64,000 nucleotides of DNA from Verrucomicrobiales bacterium (lineage in GTDB: Bacteria; Verrucomicrobiota; Verrucomicrobiia; Limisphaerales; SXTU01): the NCBI GenBank assembly GCA_005791875.1, contig SXTU01000249.1, forward strand, positions 380 through 64,379, in the 5' to 3' direction. The position numbers were made by a program, and so were the translations under genes. The notes under the pieces were generated by a model. The model ran no database searches, was not told the DNA's origin, and saw only the letters and a list, made by a program, of their open reading frames with translations. This document shows, piece after piece, positions 25,747 through 36,020 of the stretch (its first letter is position 1; the number at the start of each line of letters is the position of its first letter).

Positions 25747-26805
25747 TCAATCGCCCACCAGCGGCAGCGACGTGGTGGACGGCAGCACCATGTGGTCTGT
25801 GTCGTTGAAATCCTCACGGCGCAACATGCGCGTCTCGTCCGGCGACACGACCAGGTCCTGCATGAAGCGGCGCAAGCTCTCGGTGTTCGGGCCGACGCGG
25901 TTGATGAAGAGGTAGCGCTCCACGTCGTTCATCATCGCCTCGGCGCCGGAGTAGCGCTTGGCGGGATCGCGCTCCAGCGACTTGTGGAGGATGCCGCACA
26001 GCTCGCTGTCCACCCGGCTGTCCAACACGGTGAAGTCCGGCAGCGGCGCGGTCGTGATGCGGCGGCGGGTGTCCTCCAGGTCTTCCCCGGCGAAGGGATT
26101 GTGATTCAGCAGCAACGTCGCCAGCGCCACGCCGGCGGTGAACACATCCGAGCGCTGGTCCATCGGCTGGCCGGTGATTTGCTCCGGGCTCATGAAGTCC
26201 GGCCGGCCGATGATGACATCGGGACTGTCCTTGGGCAGAAAGCCTTGCGCGCGGGCGATGCCAAAGTCGGTGAGCTTCACGTCGCCCTGATAGCTCACGA
26301 GGATGTTGCGCAAGTGCGCGTCCCGATGCACGAGGCCGAGCGGCTTGCCATCCTCGCCGGAAATGTCATGCGCGTAAGCCAGCCCGCGCAGCACGCGGTG
26401 GACGATGTAAACCGCGAAGTCCCGGGGCAGCCGCGCGCCCTGCGCCGCCAGCCGGGCGAGCAAGTCCTGGCAGTTCAAGCCGTGGATGTGCTCCATCACG
26501 ATGAAGATATGGTTCGAGGTGCGGCCCAGGTTATAGACCTGCGCGATGTTCGGATGGACCAGCCGCGCCACGAGCCGCGCCTCGCCGATGAACGCCTTGA
26601 TGACCTCGGCCTGCCCGGAGGTGGAAGGCTCGATGAGCTTGAGCGCGACCTTCTTGGCGAAGCCATACGCGCCGATCTGCTCGGCTTCATAGACCACGCC
26701 CATGCCGCCCTTGGCGATGAGCTTGCCCAGGCGGAAACGCGCCGTGGCCTTCAGCTCCTCGCCGTCGTCCACCAGCCCGCGGATCAAATCTACGAAACTA
26801 GCCAT
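25747..26805 (-). CDS. serine/threonine protein kinase (kinase domain only)
   Basis: Start MASFVDL (cat 26803-26805). GKLIAKGGMGVVYEA Gly-loop, VALK lysine, HRDAHLRNIL catalytic loop, TDFGIA, SPEQ. The rest of ORF 25747..27687 is antisense read-through. Confidence 0.88.
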   Translation of the reverse strand: MASFVDLIRGLVDDGEELKATARFRLGKLIAKGGMGVVYEAEQIGAYGFAKKVALKLIEPSTSGQAEVIKAFIGEARLVARLVHPNIAQVYNLGRTSNHIFIVMEHIHGLNCQDLLARLAAQGARLPRDFAVYIVHRVLRGLAYAHDISGEDGKPLGLVHRDAHLRNILVSYQGDVKLTDFGIARAQGFLPKDSPDVIIGRPDFMSPEQITGQPMDQRSDVFTAGVALATLLLNHNPFAGEDLEDTRRRITTAPLPDFTVLDSRVDSELCGILHKSLERDPAKRYSGAEAMMNDVERYLFINRVGPNTESLRRFMQDLVVSPDETRMLRREDFNDTDHMVLPSTTSLPLVGD

Positions 26806-27043
26806 GTCACAAAATCTCTCTGTGTTTAACAGGCGTCCGCGAAGGAGGAATGTTTGTGACCGGTCGCATCCTTGACGCCAAGACACGCGGACAATGCACG
26901 ATCCCGCCACGCTGCACAAGTCTGGGTGTGAACTGTGTCTGGGATTGCAATGCGTGCGGGCGTTGGTTTCGTGTTTGCAAAGTCGCGCGGGCTGGTAGGG
27001 TGCGCGGCACCGGGTCCGCCAAACCATCAGCCTTTTTAAAATC

Positions 27044-28177
27044 ATGATCGCCCACACCGCCATCGTCCGCCGCGTGAAACCCCTTCGCCTATGCCTGCTG
27101 CTCGTGCTCTGCGCCGCGCTGCTGCCCCTCGCCGCCTGCAAGAAAAAGGAGGACGCCGCCGCTGCCGGAGCCGCGCCCGCCGGCGAGCCGCCCGCGCCCG
27201 AACCGCCTAAGGAGGAGCCGCCCGTCGAGTTCAAGGCGGCATGGCCCGTCGGCCAGCGCCTCGTCCAGCGCGTGGAGACGATCACGGACAGCGAGGGCGT
27301 GAATCCGCTCAACCAGCAGCCCTTCAAGCTCGCCAACTCCCAGGCCCAGGAGCTTGCTTTCACCGCGCTCAAGGCGAGGGAGAGCGGCGGCCACGAGATC
27401 GAGATCGAGACACTTGCCGTCACCACCACCAACAGGATCGGCACCAACACCACCATCTTCACCTCCCGCAGCGACCCCAAGCAGGACGCAAAGAACAATT
27501 TCCTGGCAGCCCCGATGCGCAAGCTCGTCGGCGGCAAGGTCAAGCTGCTCACCACCGCTGACGGCAAGGTCGAGAAAGTCGAGGGCGGCCCCCAGCTCCG
27601 CAGCAAGGTGACGGCCGGCGCGAACATGTATGTCATCGCGTCGCTCAACAACATGCTCTCCGACGAGGCGATCAAGGGATGGAACACGCTTCACACCGGC
27701 CTGCCGGAACAGGCCGTCAAGCCCGGTGACTCCTGGCCGTTCACGCGGAACCAGAGCTACGGCCCCGGCACGATCACGATGGACGCCACCAACACGTTCA
27801 AGGGCTGGGAGCAGCGGGACGGCCGCAAGGTCGCCCTGATCGAGACCACCGGCATCATCGTCGCCAAGCCACCCGCCGGCACCAGCCCCGTCACTGTCAC
27901 CGTCGAGGACGGCGCGACGACCTCGGGCAAGGCGTGGTTCGATCCGGCGCTGGGCTGCATCGTCGAGTCCACCGCGACATCTGATTTCAGCATCAAGATG
28001 GCGTTCGCTTCCGGACAGAGCACTGCCTCCAAGGCCAAGCTCGTCGCCAACGCCAAGCTCACGGACGCGCCCAATCCAGGAGCCACCGCCGCCGAGTCCG
28101 CGCCTCCCGCTCCCGCCGCAGCCAAGCCGGCGGACGCCAAACCCGCCACCAAACCCAAAACCGCCGAGAAGCCATGA
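27044..28177 (+). CDS. lipoprotein of unknown function
   Basis: 377 aa. Lipobox LPLAAC, Pro/Ala-rich linkers at both ends, beta-rich core. Confidence 0.7.
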   Translation: MIAHTAIVRRVKPLRLCLLLVLCAALLPLAACKKKEDAAAAGAAPAGEPPAPEPPKEEPPVEFKAAWPVGQRLVQRVETITDSEGVNPLNQQPFKLANSQAQELAFTALKARESGGHEIEIETLAVTTTNRIGTNTTIFTSRSDPKQDAKNNFLAAPMRKLVGGKVKLLTTADGKVEKVEGGPQLRSKVTAGANMYVIASLNNMLSDEAIKGWNTLHTGLPEQAVKPGDSWPFTRNQSYGPGTITMDATNTFKGWEQRDGRKVALIETTGIIVAKPPAGTSPVTVTVEDGATTSGKAWFDPALGCIVESTATSDFSIKMAFASGQSTASKAKLVANAKLTDAPNPGATAAESAPPAPAAAKPADAKPATKPKTAEKP

Positions 28178-29436
28178 ACGCCCGGGGCCTTCTCATCTTC
28201 TCGCTGGTGGTCAACGTCGCGCTCGGCGCGGCACTCCTGCGCCCGAAGCCCGCCGCGCCGGACGCCGCGCCCGCGCCCGAACCAGCCAAGGCCGCGCCTC
28301 CCACGCCCGCCGCGCCTGCCGCCAAGACCCGCACCGTCACGCAGGTTGTCACCAACACCGTCGCGCAGAAGTTCGGCTGGAACTCCGTCGAGTCCGACGA
28401 CTACAAGAAATACGTCGCCAACCTGCGCAGCATCGGCTGCCCGGAGGAGACCATCCGCGACATCATCACCGCCGACGTGAACAAGCTCTACGACGCCAAG
28501 CGCAAGGCGCTCGCCGGCCCGAAGAAGAAATTCGAGTTCTGGAAGCCCGGCATGATGATGGGCGCACCCGTTGACCCCGAGCGCACCGAGAAGGAACGCG
28601 CGCTCAACAAGGAGGAGCACGTCCTGCTCACCGAGCTTCTTGGCTCCGCGCCCGAGGAGAAGCCCGACCTCCTCGCCGGAGCCGCCTCGCAGATGGAGGC
28701 CATGTTCGACTTCATCCCGGCCGAGAAGCGCACCAAGGTCTTCGAGCTGATGCAGGACATGCAGACCAAGTTGCAGAAGGCCATGAAGAACGGCGCGCCC
28801 GACCCGGACGACATGCGCAAGGTCATGAAGGACATGGAGGCCGAGATCGGCCGCGTGCTCACGCCGGAGGAGCTGCTCGATTACAACCTCCGATTCTCCA
28901 TCACCGCGAACCAGATGCGGATGGGCCTCGCCGGCTTCGAGCCGAACGAGCAGGAGTTCCTCGATCTCTTCAAGAAGCGCAAGGCCTACGACGACGAGTT
29001 CGGCGGGCCTTTCGGCGGCACCGCCAATCTCAAGGGCGAGGAGAAGGCCAAGCAGGACGCCGCCAAGAAAGCCCTCGACGAGTCTGTGAAGACCCAGCTC
29101 GGAGACGAGCGCTATGCCGACTACAAGCGCTCCGAGGACTACTCCTACCAGGCCATGTTCCGCGCCGCGAGCCGCGAGGGCCTGGGCAAGGACGCCGCCG
29201 TCAAGGCCTACGACATGAAGAAGGCCGCCGAGGACCAGGCCAGCAAGATCCGCAACGACAAGAACCTTTCCGCCGACCAGCGCACCGCCGCGCTGCACGG
29301 CATCCGCGATGAGACCGAGCGTTCCGTGAAAGGCGTCCTTGGCGAAAAGGGCTTCACCAGCTACGAGCGCAACAACGGCGCTTACTGGCTCAAAAGCATC
29401 TCCCCCGACGCCCCCGCGCCGACGAAGCAGCCGTAG
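28174..29436 (+). CDS. N-terminally anchored, charged helical protein of unknown function
   Basis: 420 aa. ATGA overlap with the upstream lipoprotein gene, one N-terminal TM helix (LLIFSLVVNVALGAALL), then a Pro/Ala linker and Lys/Glu/Asp-rich helical repeats. Confidence 0.7.
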   Translation: MNARGLLIFSLVVNVALGAALLRPKPAAPDAAPAPEPAKAAPPTPAAPAAKTRTVTQVVTNTVAQKFGWNSVESDDYKKYVANLRSIGCPEETIRDIITADVNKLYDAKRKALAGPKKKFEFWKPGMMMGAPVDPERTEKERALNKEEHVLLTELLGSAPEEKPDLLAGAASQMEAMFDFIPAEKRTKVFELMQDMQTKLQKAMKNGAPDPDDMRKVMKDMEAEIGRVLTPEELLDYNLRFSITANQMRMGLAGFEPNEQEFLDLFKKRKAYDDEFGGPFGGTANLKGEEKAKQDAAKKALDESVKTQLGDERYADYKRSEDYSYQAMFRAASREGLGKDAAVKAYDMKKAAEDQASKIRNDKNLSADQRTAALHGIRDETERSVKGVLGEKGFTSYERNNGAYWLKSISPDAPAPTKQP

Positions 29437-29474
29437 CCGCTTGTCTCCCTTGCCTCACGGTAGGGCTGCGTTCC

Positions 29475-30917
29475 ATGCATCGAGTCCTTTCCCTCGCCCT
29501 ATCGTTGGCTTGCGCGGCCGCGTCGCTCGCCGCCGAAGTTCCCGTCCCCATCGCTTCCCGCCTCCAGCTCTTCGTGGACGCGCGGCTTGTTGACTCCTTC
29601 CGTGGCACGCAGCTCCGCCAGCACCCGCCGCAGCCGCGCGAAGTCGTCTTCACCTTCGACGCGCCGTGGGAAGGGCCGATGAGCGGCTACGTCACCGTGA
29701 TGCAGGATGGCGATTTGTTCCGGATGTATTATCGCGGCGGTGGCGAGACGACCGAGGAAGTCGTCTGCATGGCCACGAGCCGCGACGGCGTGAAATGGGA
29801 ACGCCCAAACCTCGGTCTCGTCGAGTTCAAGAAGAGCAAGGCGAACAACATCCTCCTGCGCGGCCAGCGCAAGGCGTATTGGGAGGCGCACAACTTCACG
29901 CCTTTCAAGGACACGAACCCCGCCGCGTCCGCCGAGTCGCGTTACAAGGCGCTTACGCTGGGTCGCCACACGAACTCCGTCACCGGCGACCGCGAGAAGG
30001 CGATGCTCGCCATGCACTCGCCCGACGGCGTGCATTGGAAACACATCCGCGCCGAGCCGGTCATCACCAAGGGCTCCTTCGACTCGCAGAACACCGCCTT
30101 CTGGGACGCGAACCGCCGGGAGTATGTCGCCTACGTCCGCGATGGGCGGAAGACTCCGGACGGGCGCAGCGTCCGCAGCGTGCTGCGCGCGACCTCGAAG
30201 GACTTCCTCAACTGGACCGACCCCGTGTGGCTCGACTTCGGCGACTCGACGCTCGAGCAGTTCTACGTGAACAACATCGCGCCCTACCCGCGCGAGCCAT
30301 CGCTCTACCTCGGCTTCCCCATGCGCTTCGTGCCCGAGCGCAAGACCGTCGGCGCGGACGCGCGCGTGGTGGACGGCGTGTCCGACGCGGTGCTCATCTC
30401 CAGCCGCGACGGGCTGCGCTTCGACCGCACGTTCATGGAAGCCTTTCTCCGCCCTGGCCCCGACCCGTTGAACTGGGGCAACGCCCACGGCAACAACACG
30501 CCCGCCTGGGGCCTGCTCGCCATCACGACGAACGAACTCTCCCTCTACTGGAACGAGCACTACGGCGCGCCTCCGCGCATGAGGCGCGGCACGGTGCGCG
30601 TGGACGGCTTCGCCTCCGTGAACGCGCCGTTCGCAGGCGGCGAGTTCGTGACCAAGCCGCTGACCTTCACCGGCAAGCAACTCGGGCTGAACTACTCCAC
30701 CTCCGCTGTCGGGAGCGTGCGCGTGGAATTGGAGGATGCCAGCGGCCAGCCTCTCGCCGGATTCAAGCTGACGGACTGCGCTGAAATCTATGGCGACGAA
30801 ACCTCCCGCGTCGTGTCGTGGACGGGCAATCCCGACCTCTCTCGCCTTTCCGGGCAGCCCGTGCGCCTGCGCATCTCGCTAAAGGACGCCGATCTGTTCT
30901 CCCTCCGCTTCCAGTAG
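29475..30917 (+). CDS. secreted Asp-box (BNR-type) beta-propeller, glycoside-hydrolase-like
   Basis: 480 aa. Signal peptide, repeated SxDGxxW-type Asp-boxes (SRDGVKW, SPDGVHW, SKDFLNW, SRDGLRF), C-terminal beta-sandwich-like domain. The precise GH family cannot be assigned by eye. Confidence 0.65.
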   Translation: MHRVLSLALSLACAAASLAAEVPVPIASRLQLFVDARLVDSFRGTQLRQHPPQPREVVFTFDAPWEGPMSGYVTVMQDGDLFRMYYRGGGETTEEVVCMATSRDGVKWERPNLGLVEFKKSKANNILLRGQRKAYWEAHNFTPFKDTNPAASAESRYKALTLGRHTNSVTGDREKAMLAMHSPDGVHWKHIRAEPVITKGSFDSQNTAFWDANRREYVAYVRDGRKTPDGRSVRSVLRATSKDFLNWTDPVWLDFGDSTLEQFYVNNIAPYPREPSLYLGFPMRFVPERKTVGADARVVDGVSDAVLISSRDGLRFDRTFMEAFLRPGPDPLNWGNAHGNNTPAWGLLAITTNELSLYWNEHYGAPPRMRRGTVRVDGFASVNAPFAGGEFVTKPLTFTGKQLGLNYSTSAVGSVRVELEDASGQPLAGFKLTDCAEIYGDETSRVVSWTGNPDLSRLSGQPVRLRISLKDADLFSLRFQ

Positions 30918-30941
30918 TCGCAACCTTCAGGTCGCGAGTCG
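30914..30941. repeat. degenerate REP family H copy
   Basis: gtagtcgcaaccttcaggtcgcgagtc. Again starts with the stop codon TAG (30915-30917) of the upstream CDS. Confidence 0.55.
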
Positions 30942-30946
30942 GCAGA

Positions 30947-31008
30947 TGTAGCGGCGCTCTGGGAGCGCCGAGTTGCGCAACCGGCGGTCACAGACCGCCG
31001 CTACAGGG
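30947..31008. repeat. REP family D copy (shorter)
   Basis: tgtagcggcgctctgggagcgccgagttgcgcaaccggcggtcacagaccgccgctacaggg. Confidence 0.8.
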
Positions 31009-31096
31009 TGAAGCGCAGGCTTGCAGCCTGCTGTTTCGCGCGGTTTTCAACCCCAGACGCCATGCACTTTTCTGAACGTCGTTGATTGCAGGATGA

Positions 31097-31142
31097 CCTG
31101 CCGACTGCAAGTCGGCGGCAACAGCAGACTGCAAGTCAGCGC
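31097..31142. repeat. REP family C copy plus a degenerate second copy
   Basis: cctgccgactgcaagtcggcggcaac, followed by gcagactgcaagtcagcgc. Confidence 0.7.
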
Positions 31143-31220
31143 TACACCGCCCGGCAGGCCGACCTCGGAGTTGAGGCTAAGCTTGCGACGACGGGAGCAC
31201 GACGACCGACGCCGCATCTT

Positions 31221-32819
31221 TCAGTTCGCCGCAAACTTCGCTTCCGCCGGGGAAGCCCCGCCGGATTTCTGCACGCCACGGCCCACGTTCGCCGCGAGGT
31301 GTGACCCGATCTTGAAGAGCGTTTCCTCCTGGCCCTTCGCCCCGATGGCGGCGGCGATTTGCGCGACGGTGAAGGACTTGCCGGTGTTGGCGCACAGGTG
31401 GGCGACGAGTTTGCCTTGGAGTGAGAGCACCGCGCCCGCCGCCTTCTTGCCGGCCTCGACCCCGGGCTGGTGGTAGGCGTTGATGTTGACGAGCGAGGCG
31501 TAGAAGCCCACGGCACGCTCGAACAGCGCTATGAGCACGCCGATGGTGAACGGGGAAACTTCCTTCACCGTGATGGTGACGGACTCACGGCCGTTCTCGT
31601 GCAGCGCCGCGCGCGTGCCGAGCAGGAAGCCGCTGAGGAAGTCGCCGCTGGTGGTCTTCGGCTCGACTTCGATGCTGTCGCCCGCACGGTCGGCCAGCAC
31701 CTCGATGAAGGTGACGAAGAAGTTCAGCACGCCCTCGCGGAGCTGCTGCACGTAGGCGTGCTGGTCGGTGGCGCCTTTGTTGCCATAGACGGCGAGGCCC
31801 TGGTTCACGACCTTGCCGTTGAGGTCCAGTTCCTTGCCGAGCGACTCCATGATGAGCTGCTGAAGATACTTGGAGAAAAGCTCAAGGCGATCCTTGTAGG
31901 GCAGCACGACCATGTCCTTCGTGCCGCGCCCGCCGCCGGAGTGGAACCACATCAAGGCGAGCTGCGCGGCGGGGTTCTTCGCCACGTCGGGGAGGCGCGT
32001 CACGTCATCGCAAGCCTTCGCGCCCGCGAGCATTTCGCGGATGGCAAGGCCTTGCAGCGCGGCAGGAAGCAGGCCGACGGCGGACAATTCGCTCGTGCGG
32101 CCGCCGACCCAGTCCCACATAGGGAAGCGACGGAGCCAGCCGTGTTGCGTGGCATATTTGTCCAGCTCGCTGCCGACGCCCGTCACGGCCACGGCGTGTT
32201 TCTCGAAGCGGAGTCCGCTGCGGGCGTAGGCGGCCTTGGCTTCGAGCAAGCCGTTGCGCGTCTCCTTCGTGCCGCCGGATTTGGAGATCACTACGACGAG
32301 CGTGCGGTCCAGACCGCCGCCGATGGCCGCGAGGACCTTGTCCATGCCGTCCGGGTCGGTGTTGTCGAAGAAGTGGACGGTGAGCTTGTCCGCATCCGGA
32401 TGGCCGAGCGCGTGCGCGACGAACTGCGGCCCGAGCGCCGAGCCGCCGATGCCCACAACGAGCAGGCGCTTGAACGGCCCGCCCGTGCCGCGCACTTCCG
32501 AACCGTCGTGGACTTCCGCCGCGAACTTTTCCACCGCAGCCAGTGTGTCCTCGATCTCCTTGGCGATCTCCGGCGTCGGCGCGAGCGCGGCATTGCGCAG
32601 CCAGTAGTGGCCGACCATGCGCTTCTCGTCGGGGTTGGCGATGGCACCCTTTTCGAGTTCCGTCATCGCGGCGAAGGCCTTCGCAAGACGCGGCTGCATC
32701 GCTGGGAGGAAGTCGTCTCCGAAGTTCATGCGGCTGAGATCCAGCGCGAGGCCGAGGGTGGGGAACTCGGTGTAGTGTTTCTGAAACCGCTGCCAAAGTT
32801 GCTCAGGGGTGGCGTTCAT
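31221..32819 (-). CDS. pgi: glucose-6-phosphate isomerase
   Basis: 532 aa. [23 protein letters not shown] and [12 protein letters not shown] motifs. Confidence 0.92.
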   Translation of the reverse strand: MNATPEQLWQRFQKHYTEFPTLGLALDLSRMNFGDDFLPAMQPRLAKAFAAMTELEKGAIANPDEKRMVGHYWLRNAALAPTPEIAKEIEDTLAAVEKFAAEVHDGSEVRGTGGPFKRLLVVGIGGSALGPQFVAHALGHPDADKLTVHFFDNTDPDGMDKVLAAIGGGLDRTLVVVISKSGGTKETRNGLLEAKAAYARSGLRFEKHAVAVTGVGSELDKYATQHGWLRRFPMWDWVGGRTSELSAVGLLPAALQGLAIREMLAGAKACDDVTRLPDVAKNPAAQLALMWFHSGGGRGTKDMVVLPYKDRLELFSKYLQQLIMESLGKELDLNGKVVNQGLAVYGNKGATDQHAYVQQLREGVLNFFVTFIEVLADRAGDSIEVEPKTTSGDFLSGFLLGTRAALHENGRESVTITVKEVSPFTIGVLIALFERAVGFYASLVNINAYHQPGVEAGKKAAGAVLSLQGKLVAHLCANTGKSFTVAQIAAAIGAKGQEETLFKIGSHLAANVGRGVQKSGGASPAEAKFAAN

Positions 32820-32949
32820 GGTGCGGCGAGCTTAACCACTCGGGCGCGGCGCTTGCAGCAAGAAACCTAAGTGAAGCGGCCCTGCGAGCTGCTCGATGAA
32901 AAACAACTGGGCGCTTGTCTTCACCCGCGCCCGTTCCTAAATTCGAGCC

Positions 32950-34008
32950 ATGAAATCCCCGTGGTATGGGAAGCTGTTCCAGCGTGCGGCTGCGAAGGAT
33001 ATTCTCGCCCTCCGCCAGCGGGCCGAGCAGGGCGACGCCGAGGCGCAGTATCAACTGGCGCTCCGGCTGGGTGCCGGCCACGGCACAGCCGAGAACCACG
33101 CCGAGGCTGCGCAGTGGTATAGCAAGGCTGCGGAGCAAGGTCACCTCGAGGCGCAAAACGCCTTGGGCCTCTGTCTCGACGAAGGCACTGGTGTCGAGCG
33201 CGATCCCGCCGAGGCGGTGGTTTGGTATCGCAAGGCCGCGGAGCAGGGCCACCCCGCCGCGCAGAACAATCTGGGCCTGAGTTACCGCAAGGGCGAGGGC
33301 GTGGCGAAGGACTTGGAGGAGGCCGTCCGCTGGTTCCGGCTCGCGGCGGAGCAGGGTTATCCCGATGCGGAATACAGCCTGGGCATGGCCTACGCACGCG
33401 GCGAGGGATTGATGCAGGACAACGCGCGCGCCGTGAAGTGGCTTCACAAGGCAGCCGAGAATGGCGAGGTCAACGCCATGCACCGGCTGGCCCGCGAGCT
33501 TCACAAGAAGGCGGAGAAGAAGTCCGAGTTCCGCGAGGCCGCCAGGTGGTATCGGGCGGCGGCGGACCAAGGCCACGTGGATGCGATCTACTACCTCGCC
33601 CAGCTTCACTCCGACGGCACGGGCGTCGCGGAAAACTTTGTCGAGGCCGCCGCGTGGTTGCAGAAGGCCGCCGACCAGTTTCACGCCCCGTCGCAGTATG
33701 AGCTGGGCCGCCGCCATCAGGCCGGCCAGGGCTTGCCGCCGAATCCAGCCGAGGGGGCCAAGTGGTTCCGCCGCGCCGCCGACCAGAGCCACATCCCGGC
33801 GCAGTTGCAACTGGGGCGCTGCTACCTCGAAGGCAAGGGCGTGCCGCTGGACATCAGCCGCGCCTACCGCTGGTTCGCCATCGCGGCCAAGCTCGGGAGC
33901 AAGGACGCCGCCATCGAGCGCGACAAGATCACGGGCGCGCTCACCGGCGAGCAAATGGTGGAGGCCAAGAAGCGGATCGCGGAGTTCACGCCGCAGGGGC
34001 CCGGCTGA
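32950..34008 (+). CDS. Sel1-like (SLR/TPR) repeat protein
   Basis: 352 aa. About eight tandem 36-aa repeats of the form AEAxxWYRKAAEQGHxxAQxNLG. Confidence 0.88.
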   Translation: MKSPWYGKLFQRAAAKDILALRQRAEQGDAEAQYQLALRLGAGHGTAENHAEAAQWYSKAAEQGHLEAQNALGLCLDEGTGVERDPAEAVVWYRKAAEQGHPAAQNNLGLSYRKGEGVAKDLEEAVRWFRLAAEQGYPDAEYSLGMAYARGEGLMQDNARAVKWLHKAAENGEVNAMHRLARELHKKAEKKSEFREAARWYRAAADQGHVDAIYYLAQLHSDGTGVAENFVEAAAWLQKAADQFHAPSQYELGRRHQAGQGLPPNPAEGAKWFRRAADQSHIPAQLQLGRCYLEGKGVPLDISRAYRWFAIAAKLGSKDAAIERDKITGALTGEQMVEAKKRIAEFTPQGPG

Positions 34009-34020
34009 CCGGCGTCGTCC

Positions 34021-35304
<1,284 letters not shown>

Positions 35305-35308
35305 GCGC

Positions 35309-35872
35309 TCAGAGCTCCACGCCTTCGTAGATGTCCCGCAGCGGTTGCGTGAACTCCAGCGACGCGAGCCGGAGCACGGACGCCTTGCCGCGCAACACCT
35401 CGGCCTTCCATGCGTTCGCCCGGCGGAAGACCGTCACCTCGCGTTTGTCCTGCGCGACCAGCACGCATTCCTCCAGCGTCTCGATGCCTGCGTAGCTCCA
35501 AAACTTCTCCCGCCGGTCAATGCGCTCCGTCGTGTCCGACAGCACCTCGATGATGACCTTGGGGAAGCGCATGAAGTGCGGGTGCTTGTCCCGTGCGTCG
35601 CAGCCCACCACCACGTCGGGATAGTAGAAGACATCGTTGTCCATGACTTGGAGCCGCACCTTCACATCGGCGATGTAGGCACGGCACCGTTTGCCTTTGA
35701 GGTGGGCGCGCAATGCCAAGTAAATGCTGCCCGCGATGTCGTTGTGCGACTTGCTCACGCCCGCCATCGCGTGGACATCTCCGCCAATGTATTCGTGGCG
35801 CACCTCGCTGAGTTGTTCGCCCGAGAGATAATCCTCCACCGATAGGAACGCTTCCGTCGCCAATGCTTGCAT
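35309..35872 (-). CDS. Uma2 family (DUF820) putative endonuclease
   Basis: 187 aa. EYIGG...H and PDVVV...IIEVLS blocks, PD-(D/E)xK-like as in Uma2 proteins. Confidence 0.8.
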   Translation of the reverse strand: MQALATEAFLSVEDYLSGEQLSEVRHEYIGGDVHAMAGVSKSHNDIAGSIYLALRAHLKGKRCRAYIADVKVRLQVMDNDVFYYPDVVVGCDARDKHPHFMRFPKVIIEVLSDTTERIDRREKFWSYAGIETLEECVLVAQDKREVTVFRRANAWKAEVLRGKASVLRLASLEFTQPLRDIYEGVEL

Positions 35873-35936
35873 GCGCGGACGATGCCGCGCGCCGCCGGAA
35901 CTGACAAGCGCGCACCCGCGTCAGGCAAGCTGGCAC

Positions 35937-36004
35937 CGCAGAGGCGGGACGAGCGCAGAGGTCTGGGCGGAATTCTTCTCTGCGTTCCGTCCCGCCTCTG
36001 GGGT
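35937..36004. repeat. REP family G hairpin
   Basis: Arms cgcagaggcgggacgagcgcagag and ctctgcgttccgtcccgcctctg (near-perfect complement), between the BaiN-family stop and the Uma2 start. Confidence 0.75.
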
Positions 36005-36020
36005 GCAATCCCCTCCCGCA

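Noticed and set aside
23983-26829. Very long ORFs antisense to or overlapping the called genes. Examples: 21..1064, 4928..6319, 6320..7978, 11853..13010, 12574..14166, 14170..15039, 15555..16517, 16659..18470, 23983..26829, 27757..29298, 29499..30680, 31470..32870, 32803..33954, 42064..43128, 43978..44862, 48522..49847, 50213..51796, 53091..54566, 57286..59568, 61323..63245.
   Set aside because: They are typical high-GC shadow ORFs with Ala/Arg/Gly/Glu/Val-rich low-complexity translations and no motifs. Each lies opposite a gene with strong family signatures.
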